This document shows positions 63,035 to 64,000 of a stretch of 64,000 nt of DNA, in pieces (position 1 is the first letter of the stretch; each line of letters begins with the position of its first letter). A program made the translations under genes and the position numbers. Below the pieces are notes generated by a model that saw nothing but the letters and a program-made list of their open reading frames with translations, was not told the DNA's origin and made no database searches. This DNA comes from Macrostomum hystrix (lineage: Eukaryota > Animalia > Platyhelminthes), in assembly GCA_950097015.1 (NCBI GenBank), contig CATNEN010000007.1, positions 310,001-374,000 of the forward strand, given 5' to 3'.

Positions 63035-64000
63035 TTAAGGGCGTACTGGCTCTGACAGCCAGTCAACGTCAGCATATCGAACCATCAGGTTCGGGTAAAC
63101 TTTTGCCTTGAGCTCCTGCACTGACTGCACAATGGTTCCGATTGTAGCGATCGATGACTGCCCATTCTCTGTGCTAATCTCCAGCAGACCATTGCCGATT
63201 CGCAATAGATTGGCAGAGAACTCATGAGCTGTTTCGTCTCCTTGAATTGTAGCTCTCATGTTTGTTCGTAGGTGCAACTTCACAACCGATGGCCACAGGT
63301 GAGATGATTTTAGGAAAGCATTAATCTCATCAGCAGGAGTGCCTCGCGGAATCACAGGCAGCGTCTGTCTAAAGTCTCCAGACAGCAGCAGAGTGACACC
63401 ACCCATCAGTTGATTGCTATTGCGCAGGTCTTTCAAAGTTAAGTTGAGTGCTTCAAATGCCAGTTTGTGGGACATGGTACACTCATCCCAGACGATAAGC
63501 TTGCAAGCCTGAAGCACTCTGGCAGTGCCTGTGTTTTTCTTGATGTTGCACAGCGGATTCTCCGCTCAAGACAGATCAAGCGGCAACTTCAGTGCTGAGT
63601 GGGCAGTGCGACCGCCTGGCAGCAAGGTGGCTGTAATTCCAGAGGAAGCTGCAGCAATGGCAACGTCGCCTCGTTGCCTGACCTTTGCCAGAAGGAGGTT
63701 GATTAGAAATTTTTTTCCTGTGCCACCTGGAGCATCAAGAAAAACCATGCCACCAACGTTGTTGTTGACTCTGCGCAATAGCTCGCGGTACGCCTCTAGC
63801 TGCTCAGGCATGAGTCGGGGCTCATTCTCCTCTATGAACTGTCCCAGCTGCTCCTGGTCATCCAGCTCTTCCAGCAGTCCCAGTCGCTGACATGCTTCAT
63901 GAAAAGTTTGGCAGGTATGGCCTTCCACCGTTCTAATGTGTCTAAATGACGTCGGACCAATCACGGTGTGTAGCAGGTAGTAGCATTCACTGTGGTTTGG
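63035..64000 (-). mobile_element. Helitron RepHel fragment (PIF1-type helicase), decayed, runs off the window
   Basis: VIGPTSF..IRTV....TFHEACQRLGLL, FLDAPGGTGK, ASSG.TATLLPGGRTAHS, LIVWDECTM, GGVTLLLSGDFRQTLPV. In-frame TGA at 63566-63568; Walker A reads GKK instead of GKT. Confidence 0.88.

Overview
Eukaryotic (metazoan) genomic window with GT-AG introns, GC-rich exons and minisatellite-filled introns. This style suggests a free-living flatworm such as Macrostomum, but that is inference only. Host genes: (1) a giant RNF213/mysterin-like AAA+ ATPase gene on the minus strand, from about 17.9 kb to beyond position 1, with one ~8.6-kb exon, an N-terminal 10-aa repeat and two compensating single-base frameshifts; (2) an MCT8/MCT10-like (SLC16) transporter with 6 exons; (3) mitochondrial NAD(P) transhydrogenase NNT with 10 exons; (4) an aralar/citrin (SLC25A12/13) carrier with at least 10 exons; (5) a secreted CUB + C-type-lectin gene on the plus strand. 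Mobile DNA: a decayed Merlin (IS1595-like) transposon carrying a nested 633-bp MITE with a 10-bp TSD; an apparently intact 5.5-kb CMC/EnSpm element with TIRs, a 2-bp TSD, a transposase and a spliced second gene, inserted into an old LINE; a 5'-truncated RNase-H LINE with a 12-bp TSD; two tRNA-derived SINE families; and a Helitron fragment at the right edge. Many long ORFs in the ORF track are minisatellite artefacts. All calls come from manual motif reading; no database search was run.
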